Shown piece by piece: positions 1 to 9,554 of a DNA stretch of 55,900 bases. This DNA comes from a virus (lineage: Duplodnaviria; Caudoviricetes): IMG/VR virus record IMGVR_UViG_3300047667_000954, positions 1-55,900 of that record; one strand, 5' to 3'. How positions within the stretch are numbered: position 1 is the stretch's first letter; each line of letters starts with the position of its first letter. The notes beneath the pieces are model-generated. The model was not told the origin of the DNA and did no database searches. It saw only the letters and a list, made by a program, of their open reading frames with translations. A program made the translations under genes and the position numbers.

Positions 1-1
1 T

Positions 2-949
2 ATAGGTGAAGCAATGCATCACGAATTGTATTCATTAAAACGTCTTGGCCTCATTAACTTTAAACAAACAGGTGAAGACGGGTATAACCTGACTTTTAAA
101 ATGAAGTTGACGCCAAAGGCAACTACTAATGAGGCAACACAAGCAGACTTGGATGAAAATAAACCAATTATTGCTACAGGTGTCAAGGGTATGAAGAGCA
201 CTAGTTTCCGCAAGAAATTCCGTAATATGGCAGCATATGATAAGTGGACTGATAGTGATGCATATGATGACTTTGATGTGCAATATGTCTTTAACGAAAG
301 TGCAAAGCCAAGCAAAAAAATTAACGAAGGTGTACTTGACGATATGGACGACGATGGTTTCATGGCAAAGCGTCAGTTATATGACCTTGCCAAGTACAGC
401 GTTGAACTACATCGTATGATCCAGGACACTGATAATTTGGAACCCTGGGTGCAAGCAAAAATTACAAAGGCGGCAGATTATATTTCTACTGTAAAGCACT
501 ATCTGGAATACCAAGGTGTTCGTGATGGTAGTGACATGGCTGATGAAATTGGATTTGATGACATGGCTGGTGTTGATTCATCACTTGACACAATGGCGCC
601 AGATATGCCAACTGAAGAAGTTATGGAATTTGAAGAAGAAGAAGAGGATGTGCGCATAGACGGTTATGATGTATTGCGTTACGCAAAACTTCGCAACATT
701 ATTAGTCAAGAGCAGTGCGATAACCCAAGCCCTGAAGTAGAAGAAATTGCACATTGGATTGCTGATAGCCACTTTGAATTGGGTTATGAGGTTGGTAGCA
801 GCGACATTACAAATGCTATGAAACAGTTCTGCCAAGACATGGTGCAAGCAGGGCAGATATGTGACGGTAAAGACGCATACCTTTATGAATCAGCAAACAC
901 GGCGCGGGCCATCTATAATAAGATGATTAGCGGTTTAAGAGGAAAATAA
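2..949 (+). CDS. acidic large-phage protein, probable head/internal virion protein (likely 5'-partial)
   Basis: Frame is open from position 2 through ATG 14; helical block MAKRQLYDLAKYSVELH...WVQAKITKAADY typical of large-phage proteins; several hydrophobic-X-E-[S/G] sites (FNE-S, INE-G, LYE-S). Confidence 0.5.
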   Translation: MGEAMHHELYSLKRLGLINFKQTGEDGYNLTFKMKLTPKATTNEATQADLDENKPIIATGVKGMKSTSFRKKFRNMAAYDKWTDSDAYDDFDVQYVFNESAKPSKKINEGVLDDMDDDGFMAKRQLYDLAKYSVELHRMIQDTDNLEPWVQAKITKAADYISTVKHYLEYQGVRDGSDMADEIGFDDMAGVDSSLDTMAPDMPTEEVMEFEEEEEDVRIDGYDVLRYAKLRNIISQEQCDNPSPEVEEIAHWIADSHFELGYEVGSSDITNAMKQFCQDMVQAGQICDGKDAYLYESANTARAIYNKMISGLRGK

Positions 950-950
950 T

Positions 951-1745
951 ATGAAACCCACAAGACTTAGAAACAGAAATAAGCGTGTACTTACCAAAAA
1001 TTTAGGAACACTATCTAATAGGAATGTAGACCCAGTGGAGGAATCACCAACAGGTCTTAAGCCTGATGCGTCTGCCCGTGATTATATGAGTCAAATGGAT
1101 CAAGCACATGCAATGCAACGTAGTGGCGATGTACAACGGCCACCAGCCAGCCTTATGCAGGCAATACGTGATTCTGAAGCAGAGCGCCGTGACCGTAAAA
1201 AAACGCAGGAATCAGCTTGGTCGACAGAGCAAACTACCTTCTTGCTAACACCACGTGTCAATGGCAGTGTTGATCGCAGCACTTGGTCTATGTTTGTATA
1301 TGATTCAGCAAATAGCGGTAATCCAATCCACTTGCGCAAGATGTTAACCCAACATGCTGCAAGCCTGGGGTGGGATAGCCATGATGTATTCGCGCAATGG
1401 ACCGGCGATATTGATAATAGCATTGACAACGCCAGACAGCAAGAAGCAGCATTTAAAGACAAAAAAGACAGGGCGCCGACCCAATACTGGAATGCGCATG
1501 AGCAACTAGAAAAACTCAAAACAGCAAAAGAAATTATGACTGATGGCGACGAGGTAATGCCCACAATGGACGAAGCACGTGACCCAATGCGAGTTATTAG
1601 CAAATTTTTAGACGATAAAAAATCCAGTGAAGAAAATCGTGCCCGACATGGTGAACGCCTTCGTAAGGAACGTGATGCAAAGCTTGCACAAGACCGAGAT
1701 CAGGATCCGTTTGATGAAGGTAATACAAGCAGACGTCGATATTAA
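951..1745 (+). CDS. hypothetical protein, possible processed virion protein
   Basis: 264-aa ORF with SD (GAGG) upstream; VEE-S, MDE-A, FDE-G sites. Confidence 0.55.
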   Translation: MKPTRLRNRNKRVLTKNLGTLSNRNVDPVEESPTGLKPDASARDYMSQMDQAHAMQRSGDVQRPPASLMQAIRDSEAERRDRKKTQESAWSTEQTTFLLTPRVNGSVDRSTWSMFVYDSANSGNPIHLRKMLTQHAASLGWDSHDVFAQWTGDIDNSIDNARQQEAAFKDKKDRAPTQYWNAHEQLEKLKTAKEIMTDGDEVMPTMDEARDPMRVISKFLDDKKSSEENRARHGERLRKERDAKLAQDRDQDPFDEGNTSRRRY

Positions 1746-1750
1746 TAAGA

Positions 1751-2074
1751 ATGCGTTTAATTGAGATCAAAGACAAGGTGCGCAACACTCGTATACCCAA
1801 GGTCATTTATAATGCGCTTTGGGAGCGCGAAGTTGATACTATTGATATTGACAGTATAGACGGAAAGTACTATCTTGTTGATCAAATGCAACGCGCCATT
1901 GATGCTGGTAAAGTATTTAAGGTGCCTCTGAGTACTGAGAGCAAGAAATATTTGTTAACTACAGCTCTTCCAAATCTGATACGTATTGCCAACCACAATA
2001 TGGATCAGAAGCTACTAATGGCCCTAAAATCTTTTCAAGCACGTATGAACGCTAAATTATCAGGGGCAGATTAA
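1751..2074 (+). CDS. hypothetical protein
   Basis: 107-aa ORF tightly packed between neighbours; stop overlaps next ATG (TAATG). Confidence 0.65.
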   Translation: MRLIEIKDKVRNTRIPKVIYNALWEREVDTIDIDSIDGKYYLVDQMQRAIDAGKVFKVPLSTESKKYLLTTALPNLIRIANHNMDQKLLMALKSFQARMNAKLSGAD

Positions 2075-2703
2075 TGCTGGTTGAAGACATTGTTTCAGAG
2101 ACACAAACAGCCTATTCCAAATATGAAAAAATAGCCATTTATTCGGGCCGCTTTCAGCCACCTCATATCGGGCATCTCAAGGTATGGCAACACTTGCGAA
2201 GTGAATTTGATGATGCATTTATCGCTACAAGCGACGTAGTGTCGCCACCCCGCAGCCCTTTTAATTTCCTAGAAAAGAAAACAATGTTCAGGCATGCTGG
2301 TGTACCAGTTAACCGCATTGTACAGGTGAGGAGCCCATACCTGGCAAACGAAATAGTTAGCCGTCTTGACCCAAAGGCAACAGTTGTTATCTTTGGTGTG
2401 AGCGAAAAAGACATGCACCAGGATAAGCGATTCAGCTTCGCACCTAAAAAAGATGGCAGTCCAAGTTTCCTGCAGTCATACGAAAAAAATATCAATGAAC
2501 TGGCGCCTATTGGTAAACATGCGTATGTAACAATTGTGCCCACAGTTAGCTTTAATATAAATGGTAAAAAAATGACCAGCGCGACTGAGTTTCGCGCAAA
2601 CTTTAGCAAGGCAAACGATAGTGCCCAAGCACAGATGATCCAAGACCTATATGGAAAATATAGTGACAAAATACATGCCCTCATGCGTGAAAAAATTGTA
2701 TAA
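2074..2703 (+). CDS. HxGH-class nucleotidyltransferase (cytidyltransferase-like)
   Basis: GRFQPPHIGH signature, PFNFLEK, C-terminal SATEFR (SxTxxR) motif. Confidence 0.8.
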   Translation: MLVEDIVSETQTAYSKYEKIAIYSGRFQPPHIGHLKVWQHLRSEFDDAFIATSDVVSPPRSPFNFLEKKTMFRHAGVPVNRIVQVRSPYLANEIVSRLDPKATVVIFGVSEKDMHQDKRFSFAPKKDGSPSFLQSYEKNINELAPIGKHAYVTIVPTVSFNINGKKMTSATEFRANFSKANDSAQAQMIQDLYGKYSDKIHALMREKIV

Positions 2704-3355
2704 CTGTGAATTTGATCATGAAGCATACGTAAGATATCCTAACCAACACTGGGTATACAATAAGCTGATATTAAGTGAAAGATTGGGATACAACACAGGT
2801 CCTGGTGGAGTCAGTGTATTGTATGACGGTGAATATGTGATACGCCCAATAATGAATTTAAGTGGCATGGGAGTTGGTGCCCGAAGTATGCGACTTACCA
2901 GGGGCGATTATTCGTCTGTGCCCCCAGGATATTTTTGGTGCGAATATTTCAGTGGGTTACATACGACTATTGATTATGAATGGGATCTGTTACTGGGAGC
3001 TATGGTTCTAAAACCGGTATTTGCGGCCAATGGCTTTAGGACCAGCCATGACCTATATCGTTTCAATGCATGGAAGAGAATAGATCCCCCATTGTTTAAG
3101 TTACCTGAATGGATAAGTGAGCTTAACACAGTGCCCAAAATTAATATTGAATTTATAAATGGCCAAATAATCGAAATACATCTGCGGTCCGGCGTTGACT
3201 TTCCAGATTACGCGACAGAAATTATACCACGTTGGAGTGACATGTCTGATGCTGATTGTGAAATCTTCATGCGTTTGGGATACAATTATCAAACTGACTT
3301 TGATGATGCTGACGGCCATTTAGCAATATCACGACTGGGATTCTTCTTTAAATAG
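2651..3355 (+). CDS. ATP-grasp-like conserved phage protein
   Basis: YNKL, YVIRPIMNLSGMGVGA, FWCEYFSG, NIEFINGQIIEIHLR resemble ATP-grasp elements; start uncertain (TTG 2696 is an alternative). Confidence 0.5.
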   Translation: MENIVTKYMPSCVKKLYNCEFDHEAYVRYPNQHWVYNKLILSERLGYNTGPGGVSVLYDGEYVIRPIMNLSGMGVGARSMRLTRGDYSSVPPGYFWCEYFSGLHTTIDYEWDLLLGAMVLKPVFAANGFRTSHDLYRFNAWKRIDPPLFKLPEWISELNTVPKINIEFINGQIIEIHLRSGVDFPDYATEIIPRWSDMSDADCEIFMRLGYNYQTDFDDADGHLAISRLGFFFK

Positions 3356-3363
3356 AATAAATA
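3356..3363 (+). promoter_or_regulatory. possible T4-like late promoter (AATAAATA)
   Basis: TAAATA core resembling TATAAATA directly upstream of the endolysin; no -35 element. Confidence 0.4.
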
Positions 3364-3390
3364 CTCATATAATGATAGGGAACATTTAAC

Positions 3391-4188
3391 ATGACAGTCA
3401 TAAAAAATCACCGTGTAGACGGAGCAGCATATGTTGCATCACCAAATAAAAGTGGAAAAATTAATCCACTCTTTATTGTACAGCACTATACAGCAGGATA
3501 TTCAGCCAGCTCAGCAATTGATGTACTAACTCGCCGCGGCAGCAACGTAAGTGCGCATGTAACGGTTGACTTTGATGGTACAATAACACAACATGTACCA
3601 TTTAATGTCAAGGCATGGCATGCAGGCCCATCAGCACATATGGGATACACAGGCCTTAACAACTATTCAATTGGTATTGAAATTGTCAACATCGGTTGGT
3701 TGCGCCAATTAAGTAACGGATACTTGCAAGATGCATATGGTAATACAAAGAATGAAGACGATTTCCCACATGGAATTGTATATGCCCCATGTGTTAGAGC
3801 AGGAAGCGGTACGTTTGCATGGCCGCGATATACTCCAGAACAGTTATCCGCAGTGGACGATTTGACGGCAGCATTATGTCAAAAATATTCAATCATGGAC
3901 ATTGTATCTCATGAGGAGATTGACACACGCGGTTGGAAAACAGATCCAGGACCTGCATTTCCAATGCAGCTAGTAAAACGCCATCTAACCACTGACAGGG
4001 GCAATGATTTTGAGAAATGGGAAGTTACCGCAAGTTCACTTCGTGTACGATCAGGCCCAGGATCACAATATGAAACTGTCAGAAGTTTGGTCACAGGGCA
4101 GCAAGTGGAAGTTATCAATCGCAATAGTGAATGGGTACAAATTGATAATGACGGCTGGGTGCATGGCGGGTATCTACGTCGCGTTTGA
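3391..4188 (+). CDS. N-acetylmuramoyl-L-alanine amidase (Amidase_2) with C-terminal SH3b domain; endolysin-like
   Basis: HYTA, SAH, AWHAG, SIGIE, H...KTDPG Zn-amidase motifs; VTASSLRVRSGPG...GWVHGGYL SH3b. Confidence 0.9.
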   Translation: MTVIKNHRVDGAAYVASPNKSGKINPLFIVQHYTAGYSASSAIDVLTRRGSNVSAHVTVDFDGTITQHVPFNVKAWHAGPSAHMGYTGLNNYSIGIEIVNIGWLRQLSNGYLQDAYGNTKNEDDFPHGIVYAPCVRAGSGTFAWPRYTPEQLSAVDDLTAALCQKYSIMDIVSHEEIDTRGWKTDPGPAFPMQLVKRHLTTDRGNDFEKWEVTASSLRVRSGPGSQYETVRSLVTGQQVEVINRNSEWVQIDNDGWVHGGYLRRV

Positions 4189-4213
4189 CAATACTAGTGG
4201 CGTGTGCTAAATT
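4185..4213 (+). promoter_or_regulatory. sigma70-type promoter, probably producing a leaderless mRNA
   Basis: TTGACA-17-TAAATT with TG extension; ATG 4220 lies at the expected +1 and has no SD. Confidence 0.6.
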
Positions 4214-4219
4214 AAAAGC

Positions 4220-4711
4220 ATGCCACTAGAACCAACCTTTTCTAATCTTACATACACATGCGAGCCAGAGAGCTTCTCCTGGACATCAGGTGGGATCTTT
4301 GCGAATAATCGTCAGGAATGGAAATGGAATGGTTTCCTACATAGTGTTGATGATCATCCAGCAGTAGTAATTGAAGAATTAGATGAGAAACAATGGTACA
4401 AACACGGGCAGCGACATCGGGCCGAGCATTTGGGACCAGCTTGGTCAAAAGGTACCCCGTATTGGGATGCGTATTATAATAGCGGAGTACTGCATCGAGT
4501 AAATGGCCCTGCTATGATAAATCCCCATGTTGAGAAATGGTATCAATTTAATGAGCGTCACAGAGCAGATGGCCCTGCAGTTGAACATGTGAATGGTACC
4601 AAAGAATGGTGGCTATCAGGCCGGCACTTTAATAAGTTAGACGACTGGTTAACATATAATAAAACTATATCAGATGATATGAAACTGATGATAAAAATAA
4701 CGTACGGTTGA
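4220..4711 (+). CDS. HRxDGPA (MORN-like) repeat protein, isolated paralog of the 25.4-29.4 kb array
   Basis: Units LHSVDDHPA, RHRAEHLGPA, LHRVNGPA, RHRADGPA; cap LDDWL...MIKITYG. Confidence 0.8.
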   Translation: MPLEPTFSNLTYTCEPESFSWTSGGIFANNRQEWKWNGFLHSVDDHPAVVIEELDEKQWYKHGQRHRAEHLGPAWSKGTPYWDAYYNSGVLHRVNGPAMINPHVEKWYQFNERHRADGPAVEHVNGTKEWWLSGRHFNKLDDWLTYNKTISDDMKLMIKITYG

Positions 4712-4736
4712 CGTACGGCAAAGGAAACTAATATAA

Positions 4737-4964
4737 ATGTGTGAACTATGTGCTGCAAATGAGCGAAATATTCTTGAGCAATCGCTCAAAAACTATCTTA
4801 GGCCTGGGGTACGTATAATGGTCAAACATTCGTTGGATGATCATGACAGTACGGAAATTGCGTTGGTAAATGACGTAGACGGTACAAACATCACATTGTC
4901 AACAGTTGGGCAATTTTGCTGGGAATCAGAGCAGCATAACAACATAGTAAGGTTTCCTGGTTAG
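4737..4964 (+). CDS. hypothetical protein
   Basis: 75-aa ORF with AAGGA SD; N-terminal CxxC. Confidence 0.55.
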   Translation: MCELCAANERNILEQSLKNYLRPGVRIMVKHSLDDHDSTEIALVNDVDGTNITLSTVGQFCWESEQHNNIVRFPG

Positions 4965-4974
4965 GTATAACATA

Positions 4975-5003
4975 TTGACATTGTTGATGATATTTGTTAT
5001 TGT
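4975..5003 (+). promoter_or_regulatory. sigma70-type promoter
   Basis: TTGACA-17-TATTGT with TG extension upstream of 5056. Confidence 0.55.
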
Positions 5004-5055
5004 TATAGAACAGTTTATATCTGTCTCATAAAATTACACATTTAAAGGATACAAT

Positions 5056-5313
5056 ATGTCTAGAAATTTTTCTGAAGAAGAAAAGACCAAGCTTAAAACA
5101 ATTATAACTGAAGGCGTCCAAGTCTTTACTGAACTTGACACTCTCAAAAGCGCATTAAACGATACTGTTAAGGCTATTGCTGATGAACTTGATATCAAGC
5201 CAGCAATCCTTAACAAAGCTATTCGAACTGCTTATAAAGTAGACCTTGCAGATAAGCAAGAAGTATTGAGTGATGTGGAAGATATCCTTGTCGCAGTTGG
5301 CCGTGATTTTTAA
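5056..5313 (+). CDS. small dsDNA-binding protein (T4 DsbA / GapR-like)
   Basis: 85-aa helical protein LKTIITEG...LNDTVKAIADELDIKPAILNKAIRTAYK immediately upstream of DNA polymerase. Confidence 0.6.
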   Translation: MSRNFSEEEKTKLKTIITEGVQVFTELDTLKSALNDTVKAIADELDIKPAILNKAIRTAYKVDLADKQEVLSDVEDILVAVGRDF

Positions 5314-5317
5314 TTAA

Positions 5318-5352
5318 GAGTAACGCATGGGCTGTCTGTCCATGCGTTACTC
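5318..5352 (+). terminator. 15-bp stem-loop after the DNA-binding gene (terminator or RNA stability element)
   Basis: GAGTAACGCATGGGC-TGTCT-GTCCATGCGTTACTC (one G-U pair); no U tract on the + strand. Confidence 0.5.
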
Positions 5353-5435
5353 AACCTGCGGTAACACAATACCACTATATGCGAGTGATTAATAGTCTAA
5401 TGAAAGCATAATAATGACAATTAGGAGAAACTAAG

Positions 5436-8222
5436 ATTTACGTTGACGCAATGCACAATCGTGAAAACGATACAATTTATGTAGTAGAGCGTGATGCCGT
5501 CGGCACCCGCGTTTACACACAACACCCAGCACATTATGTATTCTACTACCCTGATAAAAAGGGCAAGTTTACTAGTATCTTTGGCGAGTCACTGGGGAGA
5601 TTTACAACAAATAGTGGTAAAGCATTTAATCAAGAGAAAAAATCATTTTACGGTAAGAAACTGTATGAAAGCGATGTTAATGCAGTATTTCGCTGTATCT
5701 CAGATCATTACCTTGATGCACCTGTACCAAAATTAAATATTGGCTTCTTCGACATTGAGGTTGACTTTGATAAGGAACTGGGGTTCGCACCACCTGATGA
5801 TCCGTTTAATATGATCACAGCGGTTGGTGTACACCTTAATTGGCTTGACAAAACAATTTGCCTTGTTATTAAACCAAAAGGTATGACTAAAGAAGAAGCC
5901 GTACAAACTGTGGGCGAATTTGATAGTGTTCTCCTCATGGATACTGAAGAAGAGCTGCTAAAAACATTCTTAGATTTAATTGAAGACACTGACATTCTTA
6001 GCGGATGGAACAGTGACAAGTTCGACATTCCGTATATTACAAACCGGATTGCGCGCGTGTTGGGCAAGGAATATACCAAACATCTTTGTTTATGGAATCA
6101 ATATCCCAAACGGCGCAAATATGAGGAATATGGTAAAGAACATGAAACGTTTGACTTGTCAGGCCGCGTCCACTTGGACTACATGCATCTCTACAAAAAA
6201 TACACCTATCATGAAATGCATAGCTATTCACTAAATGCCATCTCAGAGCAAGAGCTTGGTGATATGAAGATTGCATACGAAGGCACATTGGATCAGTTGT
6301 ATAATAATGACTTTAAAAAGTTTATTGAGTATAACATACAAGATACTGAGCTATTACGCAAGCTAGATGATAAATTACAATTTATTGATTTAAGCAATGT
6401 GTTGGCCCATGCTAACGGCGTGCTGTTACCTACTACAATGGGCGCTGTTGCCCAAACTGACCAGGCTATTGTCAACGAGGCGCATTCACGTGGACTTATT
6501 GTCCCTGATAAGGTGCGCGGGCAGGATCATACACGGGCAGCTGGTGCATATGTTGCCAGCCCTGTTAAAGGTATGCACAGGGATATTGGTAGCATCGACC
6601 TTAAGTCGCTATACCCATCAATTCTTCGTGCATGTAATATGAGCCCAGAGTGTATTATTGGGCAAGTCAGGCATACAATAACTGACCCAGAGATTGAAGA
6701 AGCCAAGAAAAAGTGGAAAGAAAACCCAATTGCAAAATACTGGGAAGGCAAGTTCTCCTGCAAAGAGTTTGATCTTGTAACAGAACGGGACCGTGAAACA
6801 GTATTAACACTTGATTTTGAAGATGGTAAAAGTTACACTGCAACCGGCTCAGAAGTCCATGATCTGGTATTTAACAATGGTAAACCTTGGTGTATTACCA
6901 GCAACGGTACAATCTTTACGTTTGAAAAGAAGGGCGTCATTCCTGGATTGCTGGCCCGCTGGTATGCAGAGCGCAAAATACTACAACGCCCTGCAGGCAT
7001 TTGGTATAAGCTGTATGAAGGCGAAGCTATTGACGACGGCGCGCTAGCAGATCTGGTTGGGGATGTCGATAGTGCAGAGTTTGCGATAGCCAATCACATT
7101 ACACACAATGGCGAAGGCTGGGTATGTACTGATAACGCATATGCAGCTATTGTCTTTGGATTTTGGGATAAGCGACAGCTGGTTAAAAAGATTAACCTTA
7201 ACTCGTTATATGGTGCGCTGCTTAACCCTGGTAGTAGATTCTTTGATCAGAGGCTCGGACAGAGCACGACACTAAATGGAAGAGGCATTGCTAGACATAT
7301 GTCTGCCGCAACTAATGAATCTATGTCTGGCGTATACGACCATACTGGAAAAGCAATTATCTATGGTGACACTGACTCTGTATATTTTAGTGCGTACCCA
7401 ATATATGCTGACCAAATTGCCAGTGGTGAATTCAAATGGGACAAGGATACAGTCATTGAACTTTATGACGCTGTTGGTGCGCAAGTAAATTCCACCTTTG
7501 CAGGATATATGGAAGAGGCACATAATTGTCCTGATCAGTATGGAAAAATTATTGCTGCTAACCGAGAAACTGTTAGTGAAAAGGGTATTTTTATTAGTAA
7601 GAAACGTTATGGACTATTGGTTTATGATGATGAAGGTACCCGTGTTGACACAGACGGCAAGCGTGGCAAGCTAAAAGTCATGGGACTTGAGATTAAACGA
7701 AGCGACACACCAGGTTACATGCAAGAGTTTCTAAAAGAAATACTAAGCAAAACACTTGAAGGCGCATCAGAGGCAGACATGATTGCACGTATCCTGGAAT
7801 TTCGCAGTGAGTTCAGGGACATGCCAGCCTGGGAAAAGGGAACACCAAAACGTGTTAACAATCTAACCAAATACACAAAAGAATGGAAAAGGACAGGCAA
7901 ATGTCGAGTAGGTCATGTGACGGCAGCAATTAACTACAATCGCCTGCGTGAACTACATAAAGACAAATATAGTTTGGAAATTGTTGATGGTATGAAAACT
8001 ATCGTATGCAAGCTAAAAAATAATCTTTTAGGTATGACAAGTATTGGTATCCCCACTGATGAAAAGCGTATTCCAGAGTGGTACAAGGAACTTCCGTTTG
8101 ATAATGAGTTAATGGAAGAAACAATTGTGACTAAGAAGATCAGTAACTTGCTTGGTACATTGTCCTGGGATCTTACCAGAGCTGAAAGTAGAACCACATT
8201 CAATACTTTGTTTGATTTTTAG
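5436..8222 (+). CDS. gp43: family B DNA polymerase with 3'-5' exonuclease (T4 gp43-like)
   Basis: ExoI DIEVD, ExoII WNSDKFD, ExoIII YNIQD, motif A DLKSLYPS, motif B KINLNSLYG, motif C YGDTDS; first ATG is 5451 but SD AGGAG (5423-5427) suits ATT at 5436. Confidence 0.95.
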   Translation: MYVDAMHNRENDTIYVVERDAVGTRVYTQHPAHYVFYYPDKKGKFTSIFGESLGRFTTNSGKAFNQEKKSFYGKKLYESDVNAVFRCISDHYLDAPVPKLNIGFFDIEVDFDKELGFAPPDDPFNMITAVGVHLNWLDKTICLVIKPKGMTKEEAVQTVGEFDSVLLMDTEEELLKTFLDLIEDTDILSGWNSDKFDIPYITNRIARVLGKEYTKHLCLWNQYPKRRKYEEYGKEHETFDLSGRVHLDYMHLYKKYTYHEMHSYSLNAISEQELGDMKIAYEGTLDQLYNNDFKKFIEYNIQDTELLRKLDDKLQFIDLSNVLAHANGVLLPTTMGAVAQTDQAIVNEAHSRGLIVPDKVRGQDHTRAAGAYVASPVKGMHRDIGSIDLKSLYPSILRACNMSPECIIGQVRHTITDPEIEEAKKKWKENPIAKYWEGKFSCKEFDLVTERDRETVLTLDFEDGKSYTATGSEVHDLVFNNGKPWCITSNGTIFTFEKKGVIPGLLARWYAERKILQRPAGIWYKLYEGEAIDDGALADLVGDVDSAEFAIANHITHNGEGWVCTDNAYAAIVFGFWDKRQLVKKINLNSLYGALLNPGSRFFDQRLGQSTTLNGRGIARHMSAATNESMSGVYDHTGKAIIYGDTDSVYFSAYPIYADQIASGEFKWDKDTVIELYDAVGAQVNSTFAGYMEEAHNCPDQYGKIIAANRETVSEKGIFISKKRYGLLVYDDEGTRVDTDGKRGKLKVMGLEIKRSDTPGYMQEFLKEILSKTLEGASEADMIARILEFRSEFRDMPAWEKGTPKRVNNLTKYTKEWKRTGKCRVGHVTAAINYNRLRELHKDKYSLEIVDGMKTIVCKLKNNLLGMTSIGIPTDEKRIPEWYKELPFDNELMEETIVTKKISNLLGTLSWDLTRAESRTTFNTLFDF

Positions 8223-8230
8223 GAGGCATT

Positions 8231-8419
8231 ATGACAGCCACTGAAAATCAAACTACTCACACCTGGTCGTTTTGCACCCACTGTGATCACATGGTAGTGA
8301 TTTGCAGCAAGTGCGGTAATAATACATGCAATGCAGGATACGGCACAATAGACGGCGTTGACTGTGATGCATGTGAATCAGCATATACACTTTATTTTGG
8401 TAATGTCAACAACAAATGA
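8231..8419 (+). CDS. small Cys-rich (zinc-finger-like) protein
   Basis: 62 aa with CxxC x3; AGGAGG SD. Confidence 0.6.
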   Translation: MTATENQTTHTWSFCTHCDHMVVICSKCGNNTCNAGYGTIDGVDCDACESAYTLYFGNVNNK

Positions 8420-8664
8420 TTTCTGGAGATAGCATGAACCTTGATACTGCAATAAACAACGCATTAAAACAGCTGATCCACCGCCCTGAATACCGAGCAG
8501 GAATATGTAATTTCAACGACTGGTTGAAGGCTAACTATAAAATGCAAGTTCAACTTATTGGCCGTGATCAAGACCAAGTACGTTGGCCTGAGGGCTACAA
8601 ATGGGAAGTGGTGATGCTAGATGATGAAGGTCTTGCCACAATGTTCAAATTACAATATGGATAA
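8416..8664 (+). CDS. hypothetical protein with C-terminal MFKLQYG tag
   Basis: 82-aa ORF (ATG 8434 with GGAG SD is an alternative start); ends ATMFKLQYG. Confidence 0.65.
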   Translation: MISGDSMNLDTAINNALKQLIHRPEYRAGICNFNDWLKANYKMQVQLIGRDQDQVRWPEGYKWEVVMLDDEGLATMFKLQYG

Positions 8665-8672
8665 AATAATGC

Positions 8673-8701
8673 TTGCAATTAAAAAACCCTTATGTTACAA
8701 T
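8673..8701 (+). promoter_or_regulatory. sigma70-type promoter for the clamp / deazaguanine operon
   Basis: TTGCAA-17-TACAAT with TG extension. Confidence 0.6.
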
Positions 8702-8782
8702 GGGTTATAACCTAAATTTAAACAAATTAACAACCGTAACTGTGTGATTATCACAGATTACATTATATAAGAAGGATTGATT

Positions 8783-9526
8783 ATGGATATCAAATCAGTA
8801 TTACTTGACATTATTAAGCACACTAATGGACTTGGAATTATGGAAAACATTAAAGTCTCTGGTGACGACACAAGTACCAAGCTGGCAGCGATGGACCCAA
8901 ATAAAACTGTTATCATGACAGCAGAACTACATGATGTTGTTCCTGAATTCCAAGGCGAATTTGGCATGGGAAGTTTGGGCTTGCTAAGCAGCTTAACAAA
9001 GCTCAGCAACTATCAAGAACCAGGTGCAACAATTGAAGTGCAACGTAGTGAGCGGCAGGGCGAAGATTTGCCCACCACACTTGTATTTAAAGATACTGGT
9101 GGCGGCAAGGACCAATATCGCTTTATGAGCAAGAAAATTGTTGATGAGGCCATGCGAGTTGCTACGTTCAAAGGCGCTTCATGGGACGTGCAAGTTCAGC
9201 CAACCCAGCGACGGGTGTCACAGTTGGCTGAGGTGTCTGCTATCTACTCTGGTGTAGACCCTGCGTTTTCCGTTAAAACAGAAGATGGTAATTTGGTGTT
9301 TGAAGTTGGTAGCACTGAAGGTGGTGTTATTGGGCGCCGGGTTTTTGCAGACAATGTAGGCGGATCACTTTCCAGTCAATGGCAGTTTCCACTTTCTCAA
9401 TTCCTGGCAATTATCAAGCTTGGCGGTACAATTCTTGTCAGCTTTAGCAATCAAGGTGCCTGCCAGATTGAAGTAGACAGCGGAATTGGTATTTATAAGT
9501 ACATTATGCCTGCAATGACTGGTTAA
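8783..9526 (+). CDS. probable sliding clamp (gp45-like DNA polymerase accessory protein)
   Basis: About 247 aa, two alpha/beta repeats with clamp-like pattern, C-terminal YKYIMPA, location next to the polymerase; AAGGA SD before ATG 8783. Confidence 0.65.
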   Translation: MDIKSVLLDIIKHTNGLGIMENIKVSGDDTSTKLAAMDPNKTVIMTAELHDVVPEFQGEFGMGSLGLLSSLTKLSNYQEPGATIEVQRSERQGEDLPTTLVFKDTGGGKDQYRFMSKKIVDEAMRVATFKGASWDVQVQPTQRRVSQLAEVSAIYSGVDPAFSVKTEDGNLVFEVGSTEGGVIGRRVFADNVGGSLSSQWQFPLSQFLAIIKLGGTILVSFSNQGACQIEVDSGIGIYKYIMPAMTG

Positions 9527-9554
9527 TAATTACAATTATACTAGGAGCAACACA

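Noticed and set aside
5451-8222. Intein or intron in the DNA polymerase
   Set aside because: ORF is continuous, of normal length, with no C/S...HN intein ends or homing endonuclease motifs
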